From: Nemertoderma westbladi
Taxonomy: Eukaryota; Animalia; Xenacoelomorpha
Assembly: GCA_032718475.1 (NCBI GenBank)
Contig: JAUCBJ010002846.1
Coordinates: 17,415-81,414, forward strand
Direction of reading: 5' to 3'
Length of the DNA stretch: 64,000 nt
The stretch's first letter is position 1. Every line of letters begins with the position of its first letter. Under the pieces are notes generated by a model. That model made no database searches and was not told where the DNA came from. It was given only the letters and a program-made list of their open reading frames with translations. Shown one piece after another: positions 26,725 through 40,000 of the stretch. The position numbers and the translations under genes were made by a program.

Positions 26725-27408
26725 TTAGCCTCTTAGATCGGAGTCGTAATACCAACTCTCGGCGTCTCCTGCCCTGGCCGCACCAGAGGAGACGATGCAC
26801 GATTGATCATATAAGTTCAGCTGTTGGCTAACTAATGCACTACTGAGAGTAATATTTACAGCCAATAAAATGCCAAACAGTTTCAACATATGACTGGGAA
26901 ATATAAGAGCATTGAATCTTGCAGTTGCCTTGAGCAAAGTCTTGGGTCGGAAATCCTCAGTGGAAGTTTCTACTTTAGTCAGACCCATCGATGATAGAAA
27001 ACCAGAACAAATAGCTACCAGAGCAAAGGGGAATGCAGTGGCCGATATAGCTGTTACGCCGGGAGCCATTATCCTGTAATGGCGGGGATGGTGACTGCTG
27101 CAGCGGGGGTAGGCGCGTAGCATTGGGGTCGTTATGAACGCATGCCAACCCACCCCGGTCCATATAGCTGGTAGAAGGGTGATAACGGTCAGCACTGGAA
27201 ACAGGAGCGGCCCCTTGGGCTGAATCACCCTGGTCACCGGGAAGAGAGTTAGCGGTCCAGGAGCCATCGCCGCCATCGCCACAACAGTTTCCGTGTTCTG
27301 GAATATAAACCGCTGCTGCGGCTGTAAATTGGTGCGTATGGCGCGGAAACCGTTCTTAGTTTTTCGACTACTGAAGGTTTCGCTGAAGTGGGCAAAGCTG
27401 GCACCCAT
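26725..27408 (-). CDS. Multi-pass membrane protein ORF, divergent class A GPCR-like (TM3-TM7 part)
   Basis: 227-aa GC-richer ORF with about 5 hydrophobic segments: TVVAMA..P, LTVITLLPAIW, loop Cys (YPRC), AFPFALVAIC, FNALIFPSH, ILLAVN. DRY and NPxxY are absent. Confidence 0.45.
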   Translation of the reverse strand: MGASFAHFSETFSSRKTKNGFRAIRTNLQPQQRFIFQNTETVVAMAAMAPGPLTLFPVTRVIQPKGPLLFPVLTVITLLPAIWTGVGWHAFITTPMLRAYPRCSSHHPRHYRIMAPGVTAISATAFPFALVAICSGFLSSMGLTKVETSTEDFRPKTLLKATARFNALIFPSHMLKLFGILLAVNITLSSALVSQQLNLYDQSCIVSSGAARAGDAESWYYDSDLRG

Positions 27409-27664
27409 TACTGTCTTCTAGAGTTCTATTGAATCTACTGATAGTACAAAACAAAGTTCAATTGTCGTTTGGAGTTTATAGCTACATTAAGAGTCAGTAG
27501 GATACCGGTACAACAACAACTGCGGTACCGGTACCAGTAGTATGGTAAGTGATACAGTTACATACTGAGGGTCAGTTTACTCTGTGGTGAATTCAAATTT
27601 CCCGTGTGACAAGATAATGGTAGACTTTCAGGTTACAGGAGGGACGCTGTGCTGATGGCCCAAT

Positions 27665-28316
27665 CAGGGCATGATTAAGGGACGGTGGGGCCCTGGGCAG
27701 TCACCAATTTGGGGGCCCCTTGGAGAGGGGCCCAAAACGAGTCAATTTCTTAGTGGAAACGCTCGTATAACTTAATGCATTGTCAGTGAGTTGCCATTGC
27801 CAAAAATTTTCTGAACCTTTGCCCTAGTTTTTTCATAAGAAATTTCGTTGAATACATTGACAAAAAAACAGGCGTATATTGTTAAAAAAAATAACGATAT
27901 ACTGTACACCTGATGAACGGTTCCAATGGAACCTGAAAGCTTGCAACATTTTAACTTATCTTCATTAGACTAAGACTGTGACTTCGTTATTTTATTAAAT
28001 GTCGTTGAAAATTGGTTTAATAATAGCGGCGGAATGGGCATTTAAAAATGGCACAGACAGGACGACAGACCACTCACTATATGCTACGGCTCACCTATTA
28101 GTATAAAGTATATTGTGAATGTAAGCACAACAAAGATCTTACAACAAGATCTTGACAGGAGAAGATCTACAACAAGATCTGTAACAAGATGACAAGGGGG
28201 CCCCTTCGGGTCTTAACAACTTCGGGCCGACTTAACAAGGGGGCCCCTTCGGGGCCCCCTTGTTAAGTCGGGGCCCTGGGCAATTGCCTAAAAAGCCATG
28301 CCTTAATCAGGGCCTG
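27665..28316. mobile_element. hAT-like MITE
   Basis: Imperfect TIRs cagggcatgattaagg / ccttaatcagggcctg; 8-bp TSD ggcccaat (27657-27664) / ggcccaac (28317-28324); GGGCCC subterminal motifs. Confidence 0.8.
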
Positions 28317-28818
28317 GGCCCAACCCCTAACATACAGTAGTTGCTATTGCTATTAACGGCTTTCTGGAAAAAAAATGCCGGAAATCCCGCTTCCGCAAAA
28401 TTAATTAGGTTATGACCTAGAGTTACAATTTCAATTAGGGTTAACCAAACCTAACCCTCAACTTGCCCATGTCATATCCCCCCCCCCCCCCCTCCCCCTC
28501 ATGATAGAACTCCCGGCCCCCCACCCCTCTGAAACGTACTATTGGTTGCATTGTTTGCACCCTTTGCTGATATTGTTATACAATACGTTTACTGTAGGCA
28601 AATTTCCAATTGGGGTGTCGTTTCAGCCTTCGCATAGGGTTAGAAAAGCCTGCTATTACAATATAATTAGTATTATTGTAAGAAAATAATAAGTTTAATT
28701 CGGAGTATAAAATATTAATTGTCAAGCAGTATACCCTTTCATCTGTTCATAGTATTATTGTAATAATGCGTCTGCTGCCCTGCCCCCTGGGTCCCTGACG
28801 TATGCCCCTCTAATATTC

Positions 28819-29712
28819 TCGGTATCTATCGGTATCTGTCGGGTCTTGAGTCAGTCGACCATCTATTTACTCTCTCCTCCAGCAGTACTCGCGGCCATTC
28901 CCTAAAACTCCAGAAACCACGTGCGAGATTACTCCAACGGAACTCTACCTTCCACTTCCGGGTCATTGACCCATGGAATGCACTGACCGATAATATAGTC
29001 ACCTCACCCTCGCTAAACACCTTCAAATCCAGGCTGAACACTCATTATAAACATTTACCCCTGAAATTCACCCCCTCGTGGTGGAACCTCACATAATCCA
29101 CTTATTACCTGCATTAATAATCACCAACTTTTATTCATCACATTAACGTTGTTTTATCTATCATATATTTTAAAATTTTTAATTACAATACCAACTTTCA
29201 TTCGTTGTTTTATCATATATTTTTAAATTTTCAATTACAGCACCAACTATGTTCTATCATATATTTTTAAATTTATAATTACAACACCAACTTTCATTCG
29301 TTGTTTTATCATATATTTTTTATATTTTTAATTAATTTTATTTCATTTTTTAACAAACCTTTTATACAAACGAGGTTTTAAATAATCTCTATGAATTCAA
29401 AGATATGTTATACCTATTATATGTAAAACCTTTTAGTGTAATCTACTGATCCTCCAATTTTTATTCAACATATAATTATTTTACTTAGAGGTTAAACTTT
29501 TTTTTTAACTATTATTCGCGAACTAGTAGTTTTAACCAGATTTTAACCATTACATATGCTATTTTAAATATAATTTATGTAGTTCTAACATAACTTATTT
29601 ACATATATCAACGTACTTAGATTTATTTTGTATTATTGTTCGATTGTTGATTTTACTTGTACAGGTTCAACAAGCTTAGGCTTTCTAATACCTTAAACAT
29701 TAAACATTAAAC
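28819..29712 (+). mobile_element. 5'-truncated CR1-clade LINE (ORF2 C-terminus plus 3' UTR)
   Basis: + frame ending 29096: STRGHSLKLQKPRARLLQRNSTFHFRVIDPWNALTDNIVTSPSLNTFKSRLN; (attaaac)n tail; probable TSD aatattc at 28812-28818 and 29713-29719. Confidence 0.88.
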
Positions 29713-29719
29713 AATATTC

Positions 29720-30158
29720 CTGCCCCCCTGGTGGTACCCCTTCCTAGTACGGCCCCCCGGTCAGCCCCCTCTAATATTCCCACCCCACAGGCAGCCCCCT
29801 CTATAGTCACTGCCCCCTGGTTGGCCCCCTCTATTATCCCCACCCCACAGGCAGCCCCATCTATAGGCACTGCCCCCTGGTCGGCCCCCTCTAATATCCC
29901 CACCCCACAGGCAGCCCCCTCTATAGGCACTGCCCCCTGGTCGGCCCCCTCTAATATCCCCACCCCACAGGCAGCCCCCTCTATAGGCACTGCCCCCTGG
30001 TCTGCCCCCTCTAATATCCCCACCCCACAGACAGCCCCCTCTATAGGCACTGCCCCCTGGTCGGCCCCCTCTAATATCCCCACCCCACAGGCAGCCCCCT
30101 CTATAGGCACTGCCCCCTGGTCGGCCCCCTCTAATATTCCCACCCCACAGGCAGCCCT
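29720..30158 (+). repeat. 60-bp C-rich minisatellite, about 7 copies
   Basis: tcggccccctctaatatccccaccccacaggcagccccctctataggcactgccccctgg; two related 30-bp halves. Confidence 0.92.
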
Positions 30159-31680
30159 GGATCTAAGTTCACCCAGTTCTAAGTTTACCGGTTCTAAGTT
30201 AACCGCGCTTCTAAGTTACCAGGATCTAAGTTTACCCGGTTCTAAGTTTACCCGGTTCTAAGTTCATTGGAATCTAAGTTCGGCAGGATGTAAGTTCACC
30301 AGCATCTAAGTTCACCCGGTTCTAAGTTTACCCGGTTACCCGGTTCTAAGTTTACCCAGTTCTAAGTTCGCCAGGATCTAAGTTTACCTGGTTCTAAGTT
30401 TACCCGGTTCTAAGTTTACCAGTATCTAAGTTTACCCGGTTCTAAGTTTACCCGGTTCTAAGTTCACCAGGATCTAAGTTTACCCAGTTCTAAGTTTACC
30501 CGGTTCTAAGTTCACTGGGTTCTAAGTTCAGCAGGATCTAAGTTCACTAGCATCTAAGTTCACCAGGTTCTAAGTTTACCCGGTTACCCGGTTCTAAGTT
30601 TACCCAGTTCTAAGTTTACCCGGTTCTAAGTTTACCCAGTTCTAAGTTCGCCAGGATCTAAGTTTACCCGGTTCTAAGTTTACCCGGTTCTAAGTTTACC
30701 AGGATCAAAGTTTACCCGGTTCTAAGTTTACCCGGTTCTAAGTTCACCAGGATCTAAGTTTACCCAGTTCTAAGTTTACCCGGTTCTAAGTTCACTGGGT
30801 TCTAAGTTCAGCAGGATCTAAGTTCACTAGCATCTAAGTTCACCCAGTTCTAAGTTCACCCGGTTCTAAGTTTACCCAGTTACCCGGTTCTAAGTTTACC
30901 CAGTTCTAAGTTCACCAGGATCTAAGTTAACCCGGTTCTAAGTTTACCCGGTTCTAAGTTTACCCGGTTCTAAGTTTACCCGGTTCTAAGTTTACCCAGT
31001 TACCCGGTTCTAAGTTCACCCGGTTCTAAGTTCACCAGGTTCTAAGTTTACCCGATTCTAAGTTCACCCGGTTCTAAGTTCACCAGGTTCTAAGTTTACC
31101 CGGTTCTAAGTTTACCCAGTTACCCGGTTCTAAGTTCACCAGGATCTATGTTTACTGGGATCTAAGTTCACCAGGATCTAAGTTTACCAGGTTCCAAGTT
31201 TACCCAGTTCTAAGTTTACCCAGTTCTAAGTTTACCCGGTTCTAAGTTTATCCGGTTCTAAGTTTTCCCGGTTCTAAGTTTACCCGATTCTAAGTTTACC
31301 CGGCTCTAAGTTCACCAGGATCTAAGTTTACTGGGATCTAAGTTTACCCGGTTCTAAGTTTACCCGGTTCTAAGTTTACCCGGTTCTAAGTTTACCCGGT
31401 TCTAAGTTTACCCGGTTCTAAGTTCACCAGGATCTAAGTTTACCCGATTCTAAGTTCACCCGGTTCTAAGTTTACCCGGTTCTAAGTTTACCCGGTTCTA
31501 AGTTTACCCGGTTCTAAGTTCACCAGGATCTAAGTTTACCCGATTCTAAGTTCACCCGGTTCTAAGTTTACCCAGTTACCCGGTTCTAAGTTTACCCGGT
31601 TCTAAGTTCACCAGGTTCTACATTTACCCGGTTCTAAGTTTACCCGTTTCTAAGTTTGCCAGAATCTACAGATCTAAGAT
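30159..31680 (+). repeat. 16-bp minisatellite array
   Basis: tctaagtttacccggt and the variant tctaagttcaccagga in tandem. Confidence 0.95.
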
Positions 31681-31860
31681 TGCCTAGGTTATGAGTTTGC
31701 CGTGGTTTAGTACAGTCTAGGTCGTTGCTTGTGGTATTAGGTATTAAATGTAGCTCCTTCTTCATCTCTGTATAAAACTATTGTTTCTAAGGTATTGATT
31801 ATTGTAAGTGATTACGAAATAATTAAATAGGCCTATTAAATATAAAGCCAAAAATAAACA

Positions 31861-31938
31861 GATACGCCCGGGATCGAACTCGAGTCTACTGTATGTTAGT
31901 AAGTAATATGCGAAGTATCCATTCCACTAATCGGCAAG
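31861..31938 (-). mobile_element. tRNA-derived (SINE-head-like) sequence
   Basis: Minus strand has A box TAGTGGAATGG and B box GAGTTCGATCC. Confidence 0.45.
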
Positions 31939-32090
31939 AATGGAAACATGGGCACAATAAGGAACGTCGGAACGAGCTGTGTTTAACGTCTCCTAGACCT
32001 GATGACAAGTTGACTATATTTAACCTAGCAACGACCTTACCTATTCCATAGTGTGTTTGTGTAAAATTGTTATTATTTTTATTGGTTTAG

Positions 32091-32284
32091 ATGTAAGTTG
32101 TCCTCGAAGGGAGCGCGCCACTTCAGATATCAACTTCGCAATGGATATACCGGGGCTCCATCAGACTTACAGCAGTTCGGTTGAGGAACTAAGTTCAGCA
32201 GAAACTAGTCCAACTATAGAGAATATTACGCGTGCGGTCTTCCGAACTGACATCACTCATCCTAGCAGCCAAAATATGTACTGA
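32091..32284 (+). CDS. Candidate terminal exon (Ser/Thr-rich, unknown protein)
   Basis: T-rich tract and tttag| at 32090; the phase-1 frame reads (D)VSCPRRERATSDINFAMDIPGL...SSQNMY*. Confidence 0.35.
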
Positions 32285-32520
32285 ACCTAATACCGGTACT
32301 AAACCTAAAACCTAATACCAGTATTAAACCTAATATCGGTGCTAAACCTAATACCGGTACTAAACCTAATACCGGTACTAAACCTAATACCGGTACTAAA
32401 CCTAATACCGGTACTAAACCTAATACCGGTACTAAACCTAATACCGGTACTAAACCTAATACCGGTACTAAACCTAATACCGGTACTAAACCTAATACCG
32501 GTACTAAACCTACCGGTACT
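32283..32520 (+). repeat. 18-bp minisatellite
   Basis: aaacctaataccggtact, about 13 copies. Confidence 0.95.
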
Positions 32521-32630
32521 TCCCAAACTACCACCGTGTTGGGAACAGTAATTTTCTCATTTGTACTGCTAATTTTTTAGTTGATTCCAGTTTCACTGTT
32601 TCCGATTATATATTATTATTATGTATTTAA

Positions 32631-33034
32631 TATGAAGCGCCGTTTATGCCAAAACTATCTGAATAAATATTATACTCAAGATGTATCTAAATCCGAGAAT
32701 TTATAATCTTACAGTCTTAAAAGTTGTAACAGCGGGAAATCTAAAATGTTATTTTCCTTTCCCTTTATAGTTAGTGTAATGTGTTAGTGCCATTTTAAAT
32801 TTCCCGTCGTTTCATATTTTAATACTTTCTCGGCCGAGAATCTCGCAAACTCGGCCGAGAAAAACTCGGCCGAGAAAAACTCGGCCGAGAAATCTCGGCC
32901 GATCGGCCAAGAAAAACTCGGCCAAGAAAACTCGGCCGAGAATTTAGATACATCTTAAGTATAATATTGTTTATTCACACGCATCTTGAGTATAATATTT
33001 ATTCAGATAGTTTTGGCATAAACGGCGCCTCATA
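32631..33034. mobile_element. MITE with ~50-bp TIRs and TA flanks
   Basis: tatgaagcgccgtttatgccaaaactatctgaataaatattatactcaagatg matches the reverse complement of 32982-33034; internal ctcggccgag palindromic repeats. Confidence 0.85.
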
Positions 33035-33097
33035 ATTTAATTAAAGGTCTTCCTTGTTTTTTATATCACATATTTTCATCATGTTATTTTGTTCAAA

Positions 33098-33412
33098 CGG
33101 GATCAAACGTTTTGGGTGTTCAGCGCTCTCGGAACCTTCGGCATCAAACGTTTTGGGTGTTCAGTGCTCTCGGAACCTTCGGCATCAAACGTTTTGGGTG
33201 TTCAGCGCTCTCGCAACTGTCGGGATCAAACGTTTTGGGTGTTCAGCGCTCTCGGAACTGTCGGGATCAAACGTTTTGGGTGTTCAGCGCTCTCGGAACT
33301 GTCGGGATCAAACGTTTTGGGTGTTCAGCGCTCTCGGAACTGTCGGGATCAAACGTTTTGGGTGTTCACAATTGTCGGGATCACGATTTTTGGGATCAAA
33401 CTTTTGATCAAA
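33098..33412 (+). repeat. 41-bp minisatellite, about 7 copies
   Basis: gggatcaaacgttttgggtgttcagcgctctcggaactgtc repeated. Confidence 0.92.
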
Positions 33413-34003
33413 TCGGGCTGTTCAATTTTTCTTCTTATTTTCGATGCATGTGAAAGTGAAACGGGATTGGTTTTAAAAAATATATTTTACACCTTTCGAA
33501 AGGCGTGGGTGGGATGATCTTCTTATAGATTCGATCTGACCACTAGAGTTGAATTCTACCTTCTCTAATTTCGATCGTTGGTCAAATAATTATTAGCCTA
33601 TATTGGAAACTTTATTGACATGGTTCATCAGGTTCAACATCAGTGGGAGGATTATTCATTCCCCTTTGTAGTATATTGTACGGTAGTAACACGTGTCTGT
33701 TGACAATCAAGTCAATTTATAGTTGATTACTCTAAATGGCGGTTAAAACATATCAATTAAATGTAATCGAATCAACTTATGTACTAGTGACACGTTCGCG
33801 GGGCCTTTTAGTTAGCAAGGCGCCCTCTAGCGGGAGACTGGAGAAAATTGCTGAGACCCCCACACAAATTATATTGAGGACTTTCGATAGTCTGTCTGTA
33901 TATACATGTGTGCCAAGTTGGTTGAATTTCATCAAATATTCACTATTACTGGAGTTATTCGCCTTTAAACAATTGTCATCCGACAGACAACAGTTGAAAC
34001 AGC

Positions 34004-37000
34004 TGTATGCCAAGCTAGCTTACTTCTTGGGTCGGCCCACGACAGTGGTACCCGTATGCTAATCTAGCTTACTTCTTGGCTCGGCCCACGACAGTGGTAC
34101 CCGTATGCTAATCTAGCTTACTTCTTGGCTCGGCCCACGACAGTGGGACCCGTATGCTAATCTAGCTTACTTCTTGGCTCGCCCCACGACAGTGGTACCC
34201 GTATGCTAATCTAGCTTACTTCTTGGCTCGGCCCACGACAGTGGGACCCGTATGCTAATCTAGCTTACTTCTTGGCTCGGCCCACGACAGTGGGACCCGT
34301 ATGCTAATCTAGCTTACTTCTTGGCTCGCCCCACGACAGTGGTACCCGTATGCTAATCTAGCTTACTTCTTGGCTCGGCCCACGACAGTGGTACCCGTAT
34401 GCTAATCTAGCTTACTTCTTGGCTCGGCCCACGACAGTGGGACCCGTATGCTAATCTAGCTTACTTCTTGGCTCGCCCCACGACAGTGGTACCCGTATGC
34501 TAATCTAGCTTACTTCTTGGCTCGGCCCACGACAGTGGTACCCGTATGCTAATCTAGCTTACTTCCTGGCTCGCCCCACGACAGTGGTACCCGTATGCTA
34601 ATCTAGCTTACTTCTTGGCTCGCCCCACGACAGTGGTACCCGTTTGCCAAGCTAGCTTACTTCTTGGCTCGGCCCACGACAGTGGTACCCGTATGCTAAT
34701 CTAGCTTACTTCTTGGCTCGGCCCACGACAGTGGGACCCGTATGCTAATCTAGCTTACTTCTTGGCTCGCCCCACGACAGTGGTACCCGTATGCTAATCT
34801 AGCTTACTTCTTGGCTCGGCCCACGACAGTGGTACCCGTATGCTAATCTAGCTTACTTCCTGGCTCGCCCCACGACAGTGGTACCCGTATGCTAATTTAG
34901 CTTATTTCTTGGCTCGGCCCACGACAGTGGTACCCGTATGCCAAGCTAGCTTACTTCTTGGCTCGTCCCATGACAGTGGTACCCGTATGCCAAGCTAGCT
35001 TACTTTTTGGCTCGCCCCACAACAGTGGTACCCGTATGCCAAGCTAGCTTACTTCTTGGCTCGCCCCACGACAGTGGTACCCGTATGCCAAGCTAGCTTC
35101 TTCTTTACTTCTTGGCTCGCCCCACGACGGTACCCGTATGCCAAGCTAGCTTACTTCTTGGCTCGCCCCACGACAGCGGTACCCGTATGCTAATCTAGCT
35201 TACTTCTTGGCTCGGCCCACGACAGTGGTACCCGTATGCCAAGCTAGCTTACTTCTTGGCTCGCCCCACGACAGTGGTACCCGTATGCCAAGCTAGCTTA
35301 CTTCTTGGCTCGCCCCACGACGGTACCCGTATGCCAAGCTAGCTTACTTCTTGGCTCGCCCCACGACAGCGGTACCCGTATGCTAATCTAGCTTACTTCT
35401 TGGCTCGGCCCACGACAGTGGTACCCGTATGCCAAGCTAGCTTACTTGGCTCGCCCCACGACAGTGGTACCCGTATGCCAAGCTAGCTTACTTCTTGGCT
35501 CGCCCCACGACAGTGGTACCCGTATGCTAATCTAGCTTACTTCTTGGCTCGCCCCACGACAGTGGTACCCGTATGCTAATCTAGCTTATTTCTTGGCTCG
35601 CCCCACGACAGTGGTACCCGTATGCCAAGCAGCTTACTTCTTGGCTCGCCCCACGACAGCGGTACCCGTATGCTAATCTAGCTTACTTCTTGGCTCGCCC
35701 CACGACAGTGGTACCCGTATGCCAAGCTAGCTTACTTCTTGGCTCGCCCCACGACAGCGGTACCCGTATGCCAATCTAGCTTACTTCTTGGCTCGCCCCA
35801 CGACAGCGGTACCCGTATGCCAATCTAGCTTACTTCTTGGCTCGCCCCACGACAGTGGTACCCGTATGCCAAGCTAGCTTACTTCTTGGCTCGCCCCACG
35901 ACAGTGGTACCCGTATGCCAATCTAGCTTACTTCTTGGCTCGCCCCACGACAGTGGTACCCGTATGCCAATCTAGCTTACTTCTTGGCTCGCCCCACGAC
36001 AGTGGTACCCGTATGCCAAGCTAGCTTACTTCTTGGCTCGCCCCACGACAGCGGTACCCGTATGCCAATCTAGCTTACTTCTTGGCTCGGCCCACGACAG
36101 TGGTACCCGTATGCTAATCTAGCTTACTTCTTGGCTCGGCCCACGACAGCGGTACCCGTATGCCAATCTAGCTTACTTCTTGGCTCGGCCCACGACAGTG
36201 GTACCCGTATGCTAATCTAGCTTACTTCTTGGCTCGGCCCACGACAGTGGTACCCGTATGCCAAGCTAGCTTACTTATTGGCTCGCCCCACGACAGTGGT
36301 ACCCGTATGCCAAGCTAGCTTACTTATTGGCTCGCCCCACGACAGTGGTACCCGTATGCTAAGCTAGCTTACTTCTTGGCTCGCCCCACGACAGTTGTAC
36401 CCCTATGCTAATCTAGCTTACTTCTTGGTTCGCCCCACGACAGTGGTACCCGTATGCCAAGCTAGCTTACTTCTTGGCTCGCCCCACGACAGCGGTACCC
36501 GTATGCCAAGCTAGCTTACGTCTTGGCTCGCCCCACGACAGTGGTACCCGTATGCTAATCTAGCTTATTTCTTGGCTCGCCCCACGACAGCGGTACCCGT
36601 ATGCTAATCTAGCTTACTTCTTGGCTCGCCCCACGGCAGTGGTACCCGTATGCTAATCTAGCTTATTTCTTGGCTCGCCCCACGACAGCGGTACCCGTAT
36701 GCTAATCTAGCTTACTTCTTGGATCGGCCCACGACAGTGGTACCCGTATGCTAATCTAGCTTACTTCCTGGCTCGCCCCATGACAGTGGTACCCGTATGC
36801 CAAGCTAGCTTATTTCTTGGCTCGCCCCACGACAGTGGTACCCGTATGCTAATCTAGCTTATTTCTTGGCTCGCCCCACGACAGCGGTATCCGTATGCCA
36901 AGCTAGCTTACTTCTTGGCTCGCCCCACGACAGTGGTACCCGTATGCCAAGCTAGCTTACTTCTTGGCTCGCCCCACGACAGTGGTACCCGTATGCCAAG

Positions 37001-40000
37001 CTAGCTTACTTCTTGGCTCGCCCCACGACAGTGGTACCCGTATGCTAATCTAGCTTACTTCTTGGCTCGGCCCACGACAGTGGTACCCGTATGCTAATCT
37101 AGCTTACTTCTTGGCTCGCACCACGACAGTGGTACCCGTATGCCAATCTAGCTTACTTCTTGGCTCGCCCCACGACAGTGGTACCCGTATGCTAATCTAG
37201 CTTACTTCTTGGCTCGGCCCACGACAGTGGTACCCGTATGCTAATCTAGCTTACTTCTTGGATCGGCCCACGACAGTGGTACCCGTATGCTAATCTAGCT
37301 TACTTCTTGGCTCGGCCCACGACAGTGGTACCCATATGCTAATCTAGCTTACTTCTTGGCTCGCACCACGACAGTGGTACCCGTATGCCAATCTAGCTTA
37401 CTTCTTGGCTCGCCCCACGACAGTGGTACCCGTATGCTAAGCTAGCTTACTTCTTGGCTCGCCCCACGACAGTGGTACCCGTATGCTAAGCTAGCTTATT
37501 TCTTGGCTCGGCCCACGACAGTGGTACCTGTATGCTAAGCTAGCTTACTTCTTGGCTCGGCCCACGACAGTGGTGCCCGTATGCTAAGCTCGCCTACTTC
37601 GTTGCTCGCCCCACGACAGTGGTACCCGTATGCTAATCTAGCTTACTTCTTGGCTCGGCCCACGACAGTGGTACCCGTATGCTGAGCTAGCTTACTTCTT
37701 GGCTCGGCCCACGACAGTGGTACCCGTATGCTAATCTAGCTTACTTCTTGGCTCGGCCCACGACAGTGGTACCCGTATGCTGAGCTAGCTTACTTCTTGG
37801 CTCGGCCCACGACAGCGGTACCCGTATGCCAAGCTAGCTTACTTCTTGACTCGCCCCACGACAGTGGTACCCGTATGCTAATCTAGCTTACTTCTTGGCT
37901 CGGCCCACGACAGTGGTACCCGTATGCTAATCTAGCTTACTTCTTGGCTCGCCCCACGACAGTGGTACCCGTATGCTAATCTAGCTTATTTCTTGGCTCG
38001 CCCCACGACAGTGGTACCCGTATGCCAAGCAGCTTACTTCTTGGCTCGCCCCACGACAGCGGTACCCGTATGCTAATCTAGCTTACTTCTTGGCTCGCCC
38101 CACGACAGTGGTACCCGTATGCCAAGCTAGCTTACTTCTTGGCTCGCCCCACGACAGCGGTACCCGTATGCCAATCTAGCTTACTTCTTGGCTCGCCCCA
38201 CGACAGCGGTACCCGTATGCCAATCTAGCTTACTTCTTGGCTCGCCCCACGACAGTGGTACCCGTATGCCAAGCTAGCTTACTTCTTGGCTCGCCCCACG
38301 ACAGTGGTACCCGTATGCCAATCTAGCTTACTTCTTGGCTCGCCCCACGACAGTGGTACCCGTATGCCAATCTAGCTTACTTCTTGGCTCGCCCCACGAC
38401 AGTGGTACCCGTATGCCAAGCTAGCTTACTTCTTGGCTCGCCCCACGACAGCGGTACCCGTATGCCAATCTAGCTTACTTCTTGGCTCGGCCCACGACAG
38501 TGGTACCCGTATGCCAAGCTAGCTTACTTATTGGCTCGCCCCACGACAGTGGTACCCGTATGCCAAGCTAGCTTACTTATTGGCTCGCCCCACGACAGTG
38601 GTACCCGTATGCTAAGCTAGCTTACTTCTTGGCTCGCCCCACGACAGTTGTACCCCTATGCTAATCTAGCTTACTTCTTGGTTCGCCCCACGACAGTGGT
38701 ACCCGTATGCCAAGCTAGCTTACTTCTTGGCTCGCCCCACGACAGCGGTACCCGTATGCCAAGCTAGCTTACGTCTTGGCTCGCCCCACGACAGTGGTAC
38801 CCGTATGCTAATCTAGCTTATTTCTTGGCTCGCCCCACGACAGCGGTACCCGTATGCTAATCTAGCTTACTTCTTGGCTCGCCCCACGGCAGTGGTACCC
38901 GTATGCTAATCTAGCTTATTTCTTGGCTCGCCCCACGACAGCGGTACCCGTATGCTAATCTAGCTTACTTCTTGGATCGGCCCACGACAGTGGTACCCGT
39001 ATGCTAATCTAGCTTACTTCCTGGCTCGCCCCATGACAGTGGTACCCGTATGCCAAGCTAGCTTATTTCTTGGCTCGCCCCACGACAGTGGTACCCGTAT
39101 GCTAATCTAGCTTATTTCTTGGCTCGCCCCACGACAGCGGTATCCGTATGCCAAGCTAGCTTACTTCTTGGCTCGCCCCACGACAGTGGTACCCGTATGC
39201 CAAGCTAGCTTACTTCTTGGCTCGCCCCACGACAGTGGTACCCGTATGCTAATCTAGCTTACTTCTTGGCTCGGCCCACGACAGCGGTACCCGTATGCTA
39301 ATCTAGCTTACTTCTTGGCTCGCCCCACGACAGTGGTACCCGTATACTAAGCTAGCTTACTTCTTGGCTCGCCCCACGACAGTGGTACCCGTAAGCTAAT
39401 CTAGCTTACTTCTTTGCTCGGCCCACGACAGTGGTACCCGTATGCTAATCTAGCTTACTTCTTGGCTCGCCCCACGACAGTGGTACCCGTATGCTAATCT
39501 AGCTTACTTCTTGGCTCGGCCCACGACAGTGGTACCCGTATGCAATCTAGCTTACTTCTTGGCTCGGCCCACGACAGTGGTACCCGTATGCTAATCTAGC
39601 TTACTTCTTGGCTCGGCCCACGACAGTGGTACCCGTATGCTAATCTAGCTTACTTCTTGGCTCGCCCCACGACAGTGGTACCCGTATGCTAATCTAGCTT
39701 ACTTCTTGGCTCGGCCCACGACAGTGGTACCCGTATGCAATCTAGCTTACTTCTTGGCTCGGCCCACGACAGCGGTACCCGTATGCTAATCTAGCTTACT
39801 TCTTGGCTCGCCCCACGACAGTGGTACCCGTATGCTAATCTAGCTTACTTCTTGGCTCGGCCCACGACAGTGGTACCCGTATGCTAATCTAGCTTACTTC
39901 TTGGATCGGCCCACGACAGTGGTACCCGTATGCTAATCTAGCTTACTTCTTGGCTCGGCCCACGACAGTGGTACCCATATGCTAATCTAGCTTACTTCTT

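Noticed and set aside
29700-30261. Mucin-like 176-aa and 147-aa ORFs
   Set aside because: Open only because the 60-bp unit lacks stops; both strands are open and there is no gene context.
32262-33517. ORFs over the 18-bp and 41-bp arrays
   Set aside because: Repeat translations in several frames.
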